Origin: Octopus vulgaris
Taxonomy: Eukaryota
Length of the DNA: 64,000 bases
NCBI GenBank assembly: GCA_951406725.2
Contig: OX597828.1
Location: 24,490,001-24,554,000, forward strand
Direction: 5' to 3'
The notes beneath the pieces were generated by a model. The model did no database searches and had not been told where the DNA came from. It saw only the letters and a program-made list of their open reading frames with translations. Positions 12,828 through 27,169 of the stretch are shown piece after piece. Made by a program: the position numbers and the translations under genes. Position 1 is the first letter of the stretch. Each line of letters opens with the position of its first letter.

Positions 12828-13323
12828 TAACTTAAAATTGCATGATGGATTGCCGTCATTTCATTCTTTCTTTCTTACCTGTCTGTGTTTGCCTTTCAAG
12901 TGCTGTGTTTTTACTGAGATCCCCCTTTTAGTAGAAGGAATAGCTATATCTCTTTGACTGCTATTTCTAAATTCGGTGTGTTGGTGAGGCAATTCGTTGC
13001 TAAACCCTTAATTACTTAGTATTACTTAAATTTTCCTCGAATGGGGCTTTTACATGCCGAAATCTACTTGGTGTAATTGATAATTATCCCTAATTAATTA
13101 ATTTCACCCTTTATTATTACTGATAACCATATTTTATCCCAGTAAATGACCGCAGCATTTTGTCTTGGCTACACGCGGGTGGAAGGGGGCTGGTGACACA
13201 AACTTTCATTCAAACTTTGAATTTCGTGGTACTGGTCATGCTTTGGCTCGCTCTGACACTGAGTTGTGATGATGCATTCTAGTATCTCAAAATTTAATAT
13301 ACAATTATTCATAATTGTAGTAT

Positions 13324-13415
13324 CCTGCGCCGATGAGAGAAGAAGTTTGGGTAAAGTAGAATTTTCTAATTCTTATGCTATCCTAAAACTTGATCTCGAA
13401 ACGTACGTCCGTAGG
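13324..13415 (+). ncRNA. Minimal type I hammerhead ribozyme, copy 2
   Basis: Same as copy 1, offset exactly 588 nt; predicted cleavage after 13409. Confidence 0.8.
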
Positions 13416-13616
13416 TAACTTAAAATTGCATGATGGATTGCCGTCATTTCATTCTTTCTTTCTTACCTGTCTGTGTTTGCCTTTCAAGTGCTGTGTTTTT
13501 ACTGAGATCCCCCTTTTAGTAGAAGGAATAGCTATATCTCTTTGACTGCTATTTCTAAATTCGGTGTGTTGGTGAGGCAATTCGTTGCTAAACCCTTAAT
13601 TACTTAGTATTACTTA

Positions 13617-13952
<336 letters not shown>

Positions 13953-14089
13953 TCAAAGTTGCTATTAATTGAAAACACGTAAAACAGAAGAAACGAAGTT
14001 AAAAATGCACAGAGAATTTAATTATATTTTAAAATATAGGAATGCACTTTTGCGATTTCACCTTAGATTTTCAAAACGAATAGTATAAG

Positions 14090-14166
<77 letters not shown>

Positions 14167-14171
<5 letters not shown>

Positions 14172-16181
14172 GCGTGGGCACAGGCAACGAATTCGTTAGC
14201 TTTGTAAACCATTCATACGTTAACTAAACATGTCACTTCAGCAAACGTTAAACCGCTAAAGAAGTAAAAAAAAAAAATTTAGCTGAAGCAAACGTTAGCT
14301 GACAACCGCTAAATTTTAACACATGAAATTAAATTTGCTGTGCGTTTTCCGTTCTAAAACCCTTAAAAACAACAGACCTAGAGAGTTGAAATTTTCATGT
14401 AGCATAGAGATAGAGCTTTCCAAAAATGTATAGCATTCCAAGATCAGATTATGATCAAGGTGTACACAAATAATTACATGAACAAATGAAATTAAACATT
14501 AGTTTTTCAGTCATCAGACACTTTAGTATTAAACGAATTAATAAGGTATAATATAGCATAGGTAACATACCAAGATCAGATGATGATCAAGGTGTACTAC
14601 TCTAGCAGGGCCTTCTCCATCGCAATCGATGTGATGCTGGTTTCCCTTCATAAACATCAGCCTCTCAAAGTTAACACCTGACAGGGTTGACTCTCTTGGC
14701 CCTCAAAATATCTTTGCCTATAGAGAATAGGCGCTCAACTGCAGCACTGAATGGGAAGGTGGTGTTATACTTGATGAACAGGTCGATCAAGACCTGCTCA
14801 CCCAAAAAAGGCGATTTCATTGAGGACTTCCTTCGAGACGGCCTCCAGCCAAGTCTTCACCAAGTTCTGCGCCTCGGACTACTCTTCCGGATCCCGGTAA
14901 TGTTGCTGAAGAATTTATCTTCCTCATCCTCATTGCTGCGTGTGCTGCTGCCCTCCTCACTGGTCTCAATTAGGGCTGTCTCCACGAAGGTCTCCATGGC
15001 ATTCGCTACTTGCCAAGATGGCTGTTATCATACTCCTCCAGCTAGAAAAGGTGAAATTTGGGGTGAAAGGCAGCGGCCAGCTGGCACTGCAAGTCTTGTA
15101 ATAGTAGCCCAAACCTTTTATAATACCTGCCAGTATTGCGTCTACAAGAGGACTGCAGTAAGGAGATGTTTGAACTTAGCCACCTTCAATTTGATGAAGG
15201 TAACCGTTACAGTGTTGGCAGAAGTCTCCCAAGATAGGCCTGGTCATCCCTTTTAGATTTTATCCAAGGCCTAGGCAACGTTAGACATCACATGGACGTG
15301 ATCCGTCAGAATCAGTGAAGATCTGCCACTTCAGCTGTGTCATCCCCCTGTGAACATCTCTCGTATTCTTCTCTACCAGGTTGTTGAGGACAACTACCGA
15401 GTCGTAGGTAGAGTTCCACCTTGTACTGTTTATGACAACCAGCTTCCTCTTCAACATGTCCAGAATGCTGTCTGCCGCCACCTACTGCGACTCTACAGAT
15501 TCTACAGCCGCTGTGCCTTGGACATGACCTTCTTGGAGGCCGACTTGAACGAAGCGCTGTCATGAGTTTTTTTCTGCATCCACTCTGACTACCAAGTTGA
15601 AGGTATGGGCTGCGTACGTCATGTGCACTGGCAGCTTGAGGAACAGGCGGTCGGACTCGTCAAGGACAGATTCAACAGACTCCTGGCTCTCAAACTAAGC
15701 CACTTCAGCGTCACCCACAGCCGTTGCAGACTCCTCAACAGGTCCTTAATCCTGAGGCCAAACAAAGACGTCTTTACCTTCCATAATGGTAAGCGATAAC
15801 TTGATAAGCCGATAATGTACACTGCTGTCGCTGACACAGTAAGACTGTCTGTAATGTGACAACGTCGTAAGTGAACACAACTCAATACTACTGAATTACA
15901 CAATGCTGCTCAGCTAACTGCTGCTGCGTCGATCAATCACGACTTGTCACATGTATACATAGTCAGGTAATAGCGTGTCTGCTGGACTCTTCGGGACACA
16001 CTCACAACAGAGAGGAACAAACTTATGAATTTTGTTAGCGGACTTAAAGTTAGCGGAACTCTGCCAAATATAAATGGTCTTCTATCGGTTTCCAAATTTA
16101 GCGAACACGCTAATCCGATACACGAAAAGTTAGCTACGCTAAGTGGCTGTTAGCGGATTAGCGGAACTATGCCCACAGCTA
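14167..16181 (-). mobile_element. Decayed hAT DNA transposon
   Basis: The minus strand encodes NSTRWNSTYDS (~15400-15430) and the hAT C-terminal dimerisation motif YNTTFPFSAAVERLFSIGKDIL (~14705-14770). Imperfect TIRs gtgggcacag / ctatgcccac; subterminal ttagcgg / ccgctaa repeats. Confidence 0.85.
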
Positions 16182-16234
16182 CATACATACATACATACAT
16201 ACATACATACATACATACATACATACATACATAC

Positions 16235-16450
16235 AAGTAGGTACTGAAATTTTCTTGGTTTTAAAGGATCGCAAAATGCCTGGTTTGGGGTCCAACCGTC
16301 CGAGTTCTTTTACAGGGCTTACAGAATCTGAAAGATCTCTGCAACAAGTGTGTGAATCTGAGAAGAGACTATGTTGAATACAATCATAATTAACTGATCC
16401 TTCTGTATTTTTTTTACCCAAAACCAAGAACATTTCAGCACGCCCTCGTA
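16235..16450 (+). mobile_element. Mariner-derived MITE
   Basis: TIRs ctgaaattttcttggtttt / aaaaccaagaacatttcagcacgccctcgta; internal residue NKCVNLRRDYVE resembles a mariner transposase C-terminus. Confidence 0.7.
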
Positions 16451-17012
16451 CATACGTATCTAAATAAGTAAAAATAAATAAATAAATAAAAGGCCGTGCT
16501 CCAGCATGGCCGCAGTCAAATGACTGAAACAAGTAAAAGAAAAAGAGAATAAAAGAATATAAATAAATTAATTAATCAGCGATGGAAACAGAATCAATGG
16601 CAAAATGAAATCTTTATATCCAACTTAACAGGGACATCTTACAAAACCGATGACTGCGTCATTAAGCTTGAGAGATCCTCACCTTTAGGCGCTTGGGGCA
16701 TAAAACTACATACATGTATCGTAGCATATGAAATTCGTCCGTTACGGGCGCTGAAACTCCCATTCCACGCGATTTCGGTTTACTGTACCTCTTCAATTTG
16801 AAGGGATGATCACCTCATGCTTGTCAATTTTCGCTGCTACAGTATATAGAATTTTAGTATCTTTTCAGACGCTCAGGTCGCAAATAGCCAGCAGGCTTAT
16901 AAAACATTAATTACTGGCGAGAGAAGCAGTATTAATATCAAAAGGTAATCTTTATGTCCAACTAAACATCGATTCGATGCCTTGTTAGAACACTGAATTC
17001 TGCGTTATATGT

Positions 17013-17689
<677 letters not shown>

Positions 17690-18354
17690 AAATGAATCAA
17701 ACGATTGTAGTTTTGGAATTTTTATTTATACCTTATTTTATTTACATACACACATTTATTTCTTTACTTTTTAGTTATTGAACTTTCACCGAGATAAATT
17801 GCTAACTGATATTGATATCAGTATCGTATTTCTTTAAATTCTTTTTACAACGAAGTCAAGAAAGGTAGAAAAAAATATTATTAACAAACTTTCGGAATTG
17901 GTTTTGCTTAAAATATGGAAACGTCGACTTCAAGTGCAAGTGTCCCCTCTCCTTTCTCTCTGTATCTCTTTCACTCTCTGTCTCTGTCTGTCTGTATGTC
18001 GCTCTCTCTCTCTCTCTGTCTCTTTTACCTCTCATTCTTTCTCTTCTGTCACTCTCTCGTTTTAGTATTAGTTCCTTCACAGTCTCTCTTTATATTTCCG
18101 TCTCAGTGTTATCTTCATCTCTCCACTTCTTTCTTTCTCTCCCACTCCTTACATACATACATTTATATATATATAGATACATACATACATAAATATATAC
18201 ATATATATATACACTCAAACACACACACACACACACACATGTACATATCTTGCTTAACCTCTCACCTCAATTTCTATCTCTCCCGATCTCTTGTTTAGTC
18301 TTTTACCTTCTCTGTTTCTCGCTCTCTCCTAATAACTCTCTCTTTCTCTATCTG

Positions 18355-18447
<93 letters not shown>

Positions 18448-18626
18448 CTCTCTCCCTCTCAAACTATTTCCCTTTCTTTCACCACTGTTTTTATTCCTCG
18501 TGTTTATCATATTCCTACGGACACTCAGACAACATTTAAATTGTCTTCCATTTTCAGCAATTGTCTCTAAACTTAACTCACCGTAATACCTCTATCCTTC
18601 TATCTTCTTTTCTTTCTTTCTTTCTG

Positions 18627-18659
<33 letters not shown>

Positions 18660-19547
18660 ATTCCCTTTAGATTCTCTTCTTTCTCTTCGTCCGCTTTCCT
18701 TCTTCATTTCTTTTGCTTCTGCTGCCATTGTCTTTTTTTTTCCTTTCATATCTTCTTCCTTTTCTTTCATTCCTACCTTCCACGTTACTGTTGTTGATGG
18801 TGATGATGACAATGATGATAATGACGATGATGATAATGATGATGATGACAATGAAGACGGGGTCAATGACGATGACGATGATGATGACGAGGACCACCAC
18901 CACCACGATGATGGTAGTGGTGGTAAGGGGATGATAGTAATGATGATGATGATGATGATGATGATCGTTGTGAAGACGTCGTGTACGACAACCACGAGCA
19001 AAATGACGATGAGCATGATACTGATGCTGATGATGATAATAATGATGATGTTAATGATGATGATGATGATGAGATAAGGGGAGGATGAGAAGGGAAAGGA
19101 GGGGGTGGAGGAGGATAATAATCATGATGCGGGTTGTGTTTGTGATGGTGCTGTTAGTGGTTTTGGTTGTGGTGGTAGTGTTGGTGGTGGCTGTGGCGAT
19201 ATTGGCTGTGTTGGCGATGACGATGATGATGATGATGATGATGATGATGTGGGTGACGACGACGACGATGATGGTGTCTCAAATATTCGAAGATCGATAA
19301 ACACACAACATTTATCTTTACGTGGGCGGATTCTGTGTTATTTTTCCTTGTTCTCTCCTTCCTTCTTTTTCCTTCTAGTTTTCTTTTTGTTTTTTTTTTT
19401 CGTTTTACTTGTTATTCTTCTTCTTTGTTTTCTATATTCCTGTTTGCTTTTATAATTTTCCAGACATATTCCAGTAAAAAATCACTATCAAGGAAATTCT
19501 TGAAATAATTCTGAACCTGTACTTATCTTGGAATACATCAACATCAA

Positions 19548-19583
<36 letters not shown>

Positions 19584-19619
19584 AATCATCATCATCATCA
19601 TCCTCATCACCATCATCTT

Positions 19620-19673
<54 letters not shown>

Positions 19674-19884
19674 GACTACTACTACTACAACTGCTGCTCC
19701 TGCTTCTGCTACCGTTGCAGCAACTGTTGCGATACTAGTGCTACTGCTCCTACTGCTGCAACTACTACTACTACTTCTACTACCGCCGATGATGCTACAA
19801 CTGTTGTTGCTGCTGTTGCTACTGCTGGTACTACTACTACTACTACTAATAATAATAATAATAATGATGATGATGATGATAACA

Positions 19885-20827
19885 GCAACATACCATTGAT
19901 GCAAAAAAACATCAAACAAAAAGTAAAGAAGACTTACATGAATAATATCAAAGACAATTAGAAAGGTAAATTCCTGTATGGATAATACCCAAACCGCATG
20001 TCCAAGACAGATATTGATCAAAAGCTAACACACCATTGGCTACAAGGGAGAGGTCTGAAAAGGGAAACAAGGCTTTATTATTGCAGCGCAAGATCTGAGT
20101 CTATCTCTCAGAAACAACCATGCAAATGGCCTTAACGATGGATTTGACCCCTCGTGCAGAATTTGCGGAAAATTCACAGAGACAATTGATCACGTTGTTT
20201 CTGGCTGCCCAGTCCACGCTGAAAAGGAATACCTCGTAAGATGGGACAGACTAGGGTAGTACATCCACTTGTTTGCTTGTAAATACTGCAAAATTAAATC
20301 CTATCGTCAGTGGTACAGGCACCATCTCGAGGATGTAGTAAATGGTGAGGGTATCATCATCCTTTGGAACTTCCCAATAAAAACAGATAGAAAATTGACT
20401 CCAATCGACCAGACACTGTGATCAAAGACTACAACAGGGAAACTTGTGTGTTAAGAGACATGTCTGTCCCACAAGATCAAAATGTCTCAAGAAAGGAATA
20501 CGAAAAGCTGTCTCACTATAAAGATCTGCGAATTGAAATCACAAAAATGTGGAAGTTTAATATTACGATAATACCATTGGGAATGATAAAGATGAAAGCT
20601 GAGAAGTATATTAAGCAACTCCCTGGTAACTCTAATCTCCATGAACTACAAAAGATTACCTTGATGGGTTCAGCCCATATACTACGGAAAGCATTTTTCT
20701 TCTAAAATGGAATAAATGAGGTAATAATTTTAGCATGCATTGCAAAACAAAAGTGCCCATGCTTAGCCTCTGGAGGATGCCCGGTACTAAGGCAGCTGAA
20801 ATAAAGTTATGATGAAAGGAAACTTTA
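19885..20827 (+). mobile_element. Degenerate 3' part of an R4/Dong-like element (CCHC knuckle plus restriction-like endonuclease), ending at (TAA)n
   Basis: CRICGKFTETIDHVVSGC, ILWNFPIKTDR, RPDTVIKD...DMSVP...KEYEKLSHYKDL, LQKITLMGSAHILRK; followed by (TAA)n at 20827-20863. Confidence 0.85.
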
Positions 20828-20863
<36 letters not shown>

Positions 20864-20864
20864 C

Positions 20865-21056
20865 CTTTCTAATTTAGGCATAAGGGAGAAAGTCGATTAC
20901 ATCAATCCCAGTACTCAACTGGTACTTAATTCATCGACCCTGAAAGGATAAAAGGCAAAGTCGACTTCGGCGGAATTTGAACTCAGAGTGTAGCGACAGA
21001 GAAAATACCACTAAGCATTTTGCCCTGCGTGCTAGCGACTCTGTCAGCTCACCACC

Positions 21057-21058
<2 letters not shown>
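20865..21058 (-). mobile_element. SINE family A
   Basis: Reverse complement of the family A consensus seen elsewhere in the window. Confidence 0.85.
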
Positions 21059-21123
<65 letters not shown>

Positions 21124-21127
21124 AACT

Positions 21128-21510
21128 CAAGCGGTGAACTGGCAGAACCATTAGCAATCCGGACAAAATGCTTAGCAGCATTACGTCTGTCTTTACGCTC
21201 TAAGTTCAAACGCGGTCGACTTTGCCGTACGTGCTTTTGGTGTCGATAAAATAAGTGCCAGATAAACATTGAAGTCAAAGTTTCAGGGTTTGTGTCTATA
21301 TTGGAAACCATTTTTAGTATTATTAAGGCGGTGAGCTGGCAGAATCGTTAGCACACCGGACCAAATACTTAGCGACGTTTCTTCTACGTTTTCCTTCATG
21401 AGATCGATTTCGACCCAGAGGGATTTCTGCCTTTCATTTTTTCGGTGTCGTTGAAATAAGTAGCAGCAGAGTATTGGGGTTGATGCAATCGCCGGTCCCT
21501 TTCCTCCCAT
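21128..21510 (+). mobile_element. Two SINE family A copies
   Basis: Heads aagcggtgaactggcagaa (21129) and aaggcggtgagctggcagaatcgttagc (21325). Confidence 0.8.
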
Positions 21511-21848
21511 AATTAAAAAGAAATGTTTTCTTTTTTTCTGTCTGTAGTTTCATGTTCGTTTCCAATGCGCCATCTCTGGCACCACAGAGTCCCAGCATTA
21601 TGTGCAGTTGCATGTCCTTATTCTTGGGAGAGTATAGACTTCTCATTTTGGTTTGCTGCATCAGTTTATCTCGTTGCTTGGTTTAGTTTATTGTTTCTAG
21701 TGATATATATGTTCTCTTAGTTGTATGTGATGTCCGGAATGTGAGATACATGAAAACAAAAAGGAACGTCTAATGCCCAGACGGCCACAATATAAACATG
21801 TCTATCGTAACTACCATATATATATATATCATAAAATAATAAAAGAAT

Positions 21849-21918
<70 letters not shown>

Positions 21919-21940
21919 ACATATATATATATATATATAT

Positions 21941-22256
21941 CACCGTGATCACCGTGACTGACCAGGTTATCAGATGTTGCTACACATCGCTGTTCACAAT
22001 GCGCTTCGCATTTTTTAGCCTTCAAATGATGCCACCCCGCTGGCTAAGCGAGCAGGCAAACAGAAGAATGAGTGAGAGAATGTTGTGGCGAAAGAGTACA
22101 GCAGGGATCTTCACCACGCCGTGCCAGAGCCGCGTAGAGTTTAGGTCTATGTGTTTTCGCTCACTAAACACTCACAACGCCCAGTCTGGGAATCGAAACT
22201 GCAATCCTACAACCGCGAGTCCGCTGCCCTAACCACTGGGCCATTGCGCTTCCACA
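21941..22256 (-). mobile_element. tRNA-derived SINE (family C)
   Basis: Minus-strand head gtggaagcgcaatggcccagtggttagggcagcggactcgcgg...gtttcgattccc; same head at 38443. Confidence 0.8.
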
Positions 22257-22285
22257 CACGCGCACACACACATATACAATACATA

Positions 22286-22420
22286 ACGAGCTTCTTTCAG
22301 TTTGCGTTTACCAAATCCACTCATAAGGCTTTGGTTGGCCCGTGGGTATAGTAGGAGACACTCGCTCAAGGTACCACGCAGTGTGACGGAACCAGGGACA
22401 ATGTGGTTGGGAAGCCATGT
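22286..22420 (-). mobile_element. SINE family B 5' fragment
   Basis: Reverse complement matches 9560-9690. Confidence 0.75.
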
Positions 22421-22423
22421 GTG

Positions 22424-22455
<32 letters not shown>

Positions 22456-22528
22456 TGTATGTATATCTATGTATGTATATGTATGTATGTACGTATGCAT
22501 GTATGTATGTATGTATGTATACTCAATT

Positions 22529-22593
<65 letters not shown>

Positions 22594-22642
22594 ATGTATG
22601 TATGTATGTATGTATGTATGTATGTATGTATGTATGTATGTG

Positions 22643-22674
<32 letters not shown>

Positions 22675-22702
22675 TATGTATGTATAATGTATATATATAT
22701 AT

Positions 22703-22895
22703 GTTGGATCGTTAGCTCCTACACGCAATTTTTTTCTCTCCTTGTTTCTTTTCTTTGTATCTTTCTGTCGAAGAGCGTAGGCTCGAAACGTAAAAGACTT
22801 GTTTTATTTCTATTCCTGAGCGCCATACTAATACATTGTTTGTTTGTACTCCACCTGCCTTCGTCTTTTGTTTATTTTCGTAAACCTTCCCGTTG
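22703..22895 (+). mobile_element. PLE pseudo-LTR-like fragment with a minimal hammerhead-like motif (22760-22797)
   Basis: tcttt-CTGTCGA-a-gagc(gtag)gctc-GAAA-cg-TA-aaaga; flanked by (TA)n. Confidence 0.6.
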
Positions 22896-22914
22896 TATAT
22901 ATATATGTTGATTT

Positions 22915-23101
22915 CAAACTTTAGCACAAGGCCACCAATTTCGGGAAGGAGATAAGACAATTGCAACGACCCCAGTACTCAACTGGAACTTATTTAAACG
23001 AGAGTGAAAGGACGAAATGCAAAGTCGACCTCGGCAGAATTTGAACAAGGACGAGATGCTTCGAAGCATTTTTGCAAACTATGCTGGCGGCTCGCCGCCT
23101 T
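22915..23101 (-). mobile_element. SINE family A
   Basis: Reverse complement similarity to family A. Confidence 0.75.
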
Positions 23102-23911
23102 GTGTATATTACACATATTAAAATATTAATCTATATTATGTACATTATGCATATTTGTATGTATTTATGAATATACGTGAACAAATGTGTACGTATTTGT
23201 ATGTCTAGCGTAACTTTGGAAAAAACAATTGAAAATATCACGTGTATCCCTCCAGAGTAAACTTCAGTGTAATCTAACATGTTTTGACAATTTCTGACAG
23301 TTAGTCAATATTTTATTGTAGAGCTTCTAAACAGTTAACATGTATTAGTCATATACTAAGTCTCGAGTGGAACTCGAAAAGTCGACTTCCGACTGTTATT
23401 TTGCAGTTTCTTTGCTGTTTTTGTTGTTGTTTTTCTTCGTTTTTGTTTTGTCCTGTATATATATACACACACATATATATACATATATATATATATTGCG
23501 TTTGAACTTTTCGTTTTTGATAAATATGTAGCTTAAAGTGGATTTGTCGTTTCTTTCACGTTTTTCCTTTTATACGTATTTATTTTATATATAAATTTAA
23601 GCACTATTGTGGAGATCTTCAATTGGCTGAATCTAAAGACGACACAACATAGTCTCTGCAGATAAAAATGTGATGCTATTAATTATATTTATAACATAGT
23701 TGTTTGTTTTAGAAAAGAGACGACTCTTTCTCTTTATAGCTATTTTGTTGAAATAAAATATATTTGTTCTTGAATATGAATATGCGCTGCATATATGTGT
23801 GCATGTGTGTGTAATTATATTTAATGATATAAATACATGCACATAGATTTATGTGTATATATATATATATACATATATGCTTATATATATAAACATATAT
23901 ATTTATAAGTG

Positions 23912-23960
<49 letters not shown>

Positions 23961-24028
23961 GTACGTATTCATGTATGTATAAGGAGAGAAAGGGAAAACG
24001 GAATTCCCAAGAGAGGTGTCTTTATTAA

Positions 24029-24133
24029 TCACTACGATCGTTTCCAGCCATCCAGCATCGGTCTCTCGCGGATGAGATTTTGTACAAATAGGTGTGATGC
24101 ATTATTCGCGTGCAGATGTGCCTCGTCAAGTGA
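24029..24133 (-). ncRNA. Minimal type I hammerhead-like ribozyme with long stem II
   Basis: Minus strand: tcac-TTGACGA-ggc...gctg-GAAA-cgatcg-TA-gtga, followed by AATAAA. Confidence 0.6.
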
Positions 24134-24394
24134 CTTGGCAAAATGTACCTCGTTCTTTAATTTCCGTTTCGCTTATTTCGTTCAGAATGAATTCCGATAT
24201 TTGCCTGTTGGCTGGTTGCATACAAGAGAGAAAGACTATGAGTAAGAATGAATTAGAATGAAGAACAGTCCATCTATAGGTAACGAACCAGTTAACAAAG
24301 AATCTATCATAAAATAAGTATACATTGGGCAGCCGACAACTTATAGTTCATAAATGGTGAAAACATTATTTGCAACGTGTTCAGTTGTCATCCC

Positions 24395-25160
<766 letters not shown>

Positions 25161-25261
25161 GTACTTCGGTTTTCGAGCAACACTAATCGCGAATAAATCG
25201 TGCTTTATATCTTTCTATCTGTCTATCTATTTATCTATCTATCTATATATATATAATTTCG

Positions 25262-25640
25262 GGCCTTGTGAGAGGGGGGGATTCGATTAGATAGACCCCA
25301 GTACGCAACTGGTACTTAATTTATCGGCGGCAAGCTGGTAGAATCGTTAGCACGCCGGGCAAAATGCTTAGCGGTATTTCGTCTGCGTTACGTTGTGAGT
25401 TCAAATTCCGCCGAGGTCGACTTTGCCTTTCATCCTTTCGGGGTCGATAAATTAAGTAGCAGTTACGCACTGGGGTCGACGTAATCGACTTAATCCCTAT
25501 GTCTGTCCTTGTTTGTCCCCTCTGTGTTTAGCCCCTTGTGGGTAATAAAGAAATAGGTACTTAATTTATCGACCCCGAAAGGATGAAAGGCAAAGTCGAC
25601 CTCTGCGGAATTTGAACTCAGAACGTAAGGACAGGGGAAA
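25262..25640. mobile_element. Plus-strand SINE A (25326-25555) inserted into a minus-strand SINE A, with 15-16 bp TSD
   Basis: TSD ggtacttaatttatc at 25311-25325 and 25556-25570. Confidence 0.9.
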
Positions 25641-25674
25641 TAAATAAATGAATGTTAAAAGAAAACGAATGTTC

Positions 25675-26090
25675 TCTTTGATCTTTTACTTGATTCACTT
25701 ATTGGACTACGCCCATGCTATGGCACCGCCCTGAAAGGTTTAGTCGAACAAATCAGGCAGAACCAAAACAAAAACCGGTTTTCATTTCGTAAGGAAACAA
25801 ACAGAAAAATATACACACGTACCAACAAATCTGATAATTTTTCTATCGTTTTCTTTAACCAACACACTTAGTTATGGGAACGCAAACAAACCAACACCAA
25901 TTGTGAAGTGTGGTGGCGTACAAACTCATGTGCGTGCGACAGTTTTCTACACCGTCTAACATATTACCACCCAAGACACTGGTTGGTCCAGGGCTTTGGC
26001 GGAAGACATCAGCCTAATGTGCCGCACAGTGGGACCGAAGCCAAAACCATGTGTCTGTAAAGCAAGCTTATTAACCACACAGACTTGTCC
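25675..26090 (-). mobile_element. Diverged SINE family B
   Basis: Patchy reverse complement similarity to 9541-9895. Confidence 0.6.
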
Positions 26091-27134
26091 GATCCTGTAT
26101 ATTTCATTTAAAAAATACTGTCCCTGTATTAGATGTTTGATAGATGCTATTCCGGAAACCATTATGCATATCAACAATGGAAGATACCAAATTCCAAGAA
26201 CCTAAGGCAATGCTATTTGTACGAAATGACACGAAGATTTTATCAAACTTAAAATATAGTATATAATATTTTTTATTCTGTATAAACACATTTGTTTTTA
26301 CCGATCATCACATTAGCATTATCACTACCAATTGTAGAAAGATTACCTAAGTAGAATTTTTTACATATTAAAAGCGATTTTCTTTTTTACTTTTAAGTAC
26401 TTTAACACTTTCTGTTTCACTGTTACTAACGTCAATGTATCAAATACACGCGAATATTCCATGATTATAGTTACTATAATATATTCATAGGCACACCTGT
26501 TATTTCAATATAAAATATTATTAGATTTGTAAAGGAATATACTATTATTAATACTTATGTTAAACGCCCAGTTCTCTTCAAAATGAATAGACGGCGTATT
26601 ATGATAATATTATGATAATATTCACACCATTGTTGCAATGCATGTAAAAAAATCAATATGTTTTATGCTACAAATATTTTTTGACAATATCTCTGTAGAC
26701 ATGTTTAGGAGAATGAAAGTTTCTGGAAGTTAAAATTAGTTCTTTTCTGAATTCTGTATTATTAGAGAATCATTATATGCTGAAAAATTGGCTGACGATA
26801 TTTTATGAAATTATTCAGGGTTAGAAAGATACCACATGCTAATCATGTCTTAGATGAAAATTATTGTTATTCTACAGATTATATAGATGTTGTATTTTTA
26901 AACCTCATAACCGCATGCATCAATGTGTGTGTGTAGGTGTTTCAATATAAAAACAACATACACACATTATAACCATGCACGTCTCCGGATTTTTCCCCTC
27001 TCCATTTTCTAACGAAGAGTCATGCTGGAAACGTTATACACCCACTCTTTTTCCATCTTATACTGAGTGTCAACTTAATACATTCCTTCTGTACATGCTT
27101 TCGACTTTTATTGCTTTGTTAATTTAAATATTTG

Positions 27135-27169
<35 letters not shown>

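Larger units (their letters stand above)
12347..13616 (+). repeat. 588-bp tandem repeat (2 full units plus 94 bp), hammerhead-bearing, retrozyme or PLE pseudo-LTR-like
   Basis: Units start at 12347, 12935 and 13523 (aaggaatagctatatctc...). Only two substitutions were noticed between the full units. Embedded in (TATC)n/(TA)n. Confidence 0.95.

Noticed and set aside
14687-15256. 189-aa plus-strand ORF
   Set aside because: Antisense to the hAT transposase remnant.
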